Shown here piece by piece: positions 63,918-64,000 of a DNA stretch of 64,000 nt. The position numbers and the translations under genes are program-made. Every line of letters begins with the position of its first letter. Positions within the stretch are counted from its first letter, which is position 1. The notes under the pieces were generated by a model. That model ran no database searches and had not been told where the DNA came from. It worked only from the letters and a program-made list of their open reading frames with translations. The stretch is from Paracoccaceae bacterium (GTDB lineage Bacteria; Pseudomonadota; Alphaproteobacteria; Rhodobacterales; Rhodobacteraceae), in assembly GCA_051646105.1 (NCBI GenBank), contig JBOFCO010000234.1, positions 14,000 to 77,999 on the forward strand, written 5' to 3'.

Positions 63918-64000
63918 TCATTCCGCCAGGACGACGGGCACGCGACCCGTATCTGTCAGTTCCCAGGCATCGCGGCCCTCGATCACCACGGCGGTCAGCG
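63918..64000 (-). CDS. 3' end of an unidentified minus-strand gene, truncated by the window edge
   Basis: Hand translation gives ...LTAVVIEGRDAWELTDTGRVPVVLAE-stop, with high GC3 consistent with coding. No family recognised. Confidence 0.3.
   Translation of the reverse strand, partial: LTAVVIEGRDAWELTDTGRVPVVLAE

Noticed and set aside
1-64000. Search for CRISPR arrays, tRNA/rRNA genes, IS elements, integrases, prophage or classical defence-system genes
   Set aside because: I saw no regularly spaced direct repeats, cloverleaf-like sequences in the intergenic regions, transposase, integrase or recombinase-like ORFs, or restriction, abortive-infection or toxin-antitoxin signatures. The window appears to be core or accessory metabolic chromosome rather than a mobile or defence island. 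This was checked by eye only, so short or degenerate elements could be missed.

Overview
High-GC, densely coding chromosomal segment that looks alphaproteobacterial (Rhodobacteraceae-like gene content). By eye I found no rRNA or tRNA genes, CRISPR arrays, transposases or integrases. All calls come from reading the supplied ORF translations and the DNA; no searches were run.

Content, left to right:
(i) A methylated-amine catabolic island. It holds the 3' part of a sarcosine-oxidase-family alpha subunit plus the gamma subunit (soxAG/mgdCD type), an XRE-cupin regulator, and a minus-strand operon of small membrane proteins with an ethanolamine-type APC permease. It continues with N-methylglutamate synthase mgsABC, gamma-glutamylmethylamide synthetase gmaS, a WYL regulator, trimethylamine monooxygenase tmm and a second APC permease. 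It ends with dimethylamine monooxygenase dmmDABC, a GlxA/AraC regulator, TMAO demethylase tdm and a coupled truncated haemoglobin.
(ii) An RpiR regulator with a PanB paralogue, and a LacI-linked MocD/MocB/MocE-like cluster (membrane di-iron oxygenase, sugar-type binding protein, Rieske ferredoxin).
(iii) A BMP-family ABC importer with a cytosine-deaminase-family amidohydrolase.
(iv) A polyol/ketose cluster with split transketolase, FGGY kinase, two SDRs, a SorC regulator and a ribose-type ABC importer.
(v) Housekeeping genes: lolA, an SLT lipoprotein, hspQ, a STAS/anti-sigma-kinase pair and a GAF protein.
(vi) The most interesting locus: a SigF-type ECF sigma and NrsF, divergent from a DUF2282 precursor, DUF692 (MNIO), DUF2063 and DoxX operon. 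This is a bufferin-type periplasmic RiPP metallophore system, with a recognisable GTAACA-N16-CGAA promoter.
(vii) A translationally coupled five-gene operon: a TVP38/DedA-disulfide-reductase fusion, a YnjF-like CDP-alcohol phosphatidyltransferase and a YnjBCD-like ABC transporter.
(viii) dgkA, an RluA-family pseudouridine synthase, a thiolase and a metallophosphoesterase.
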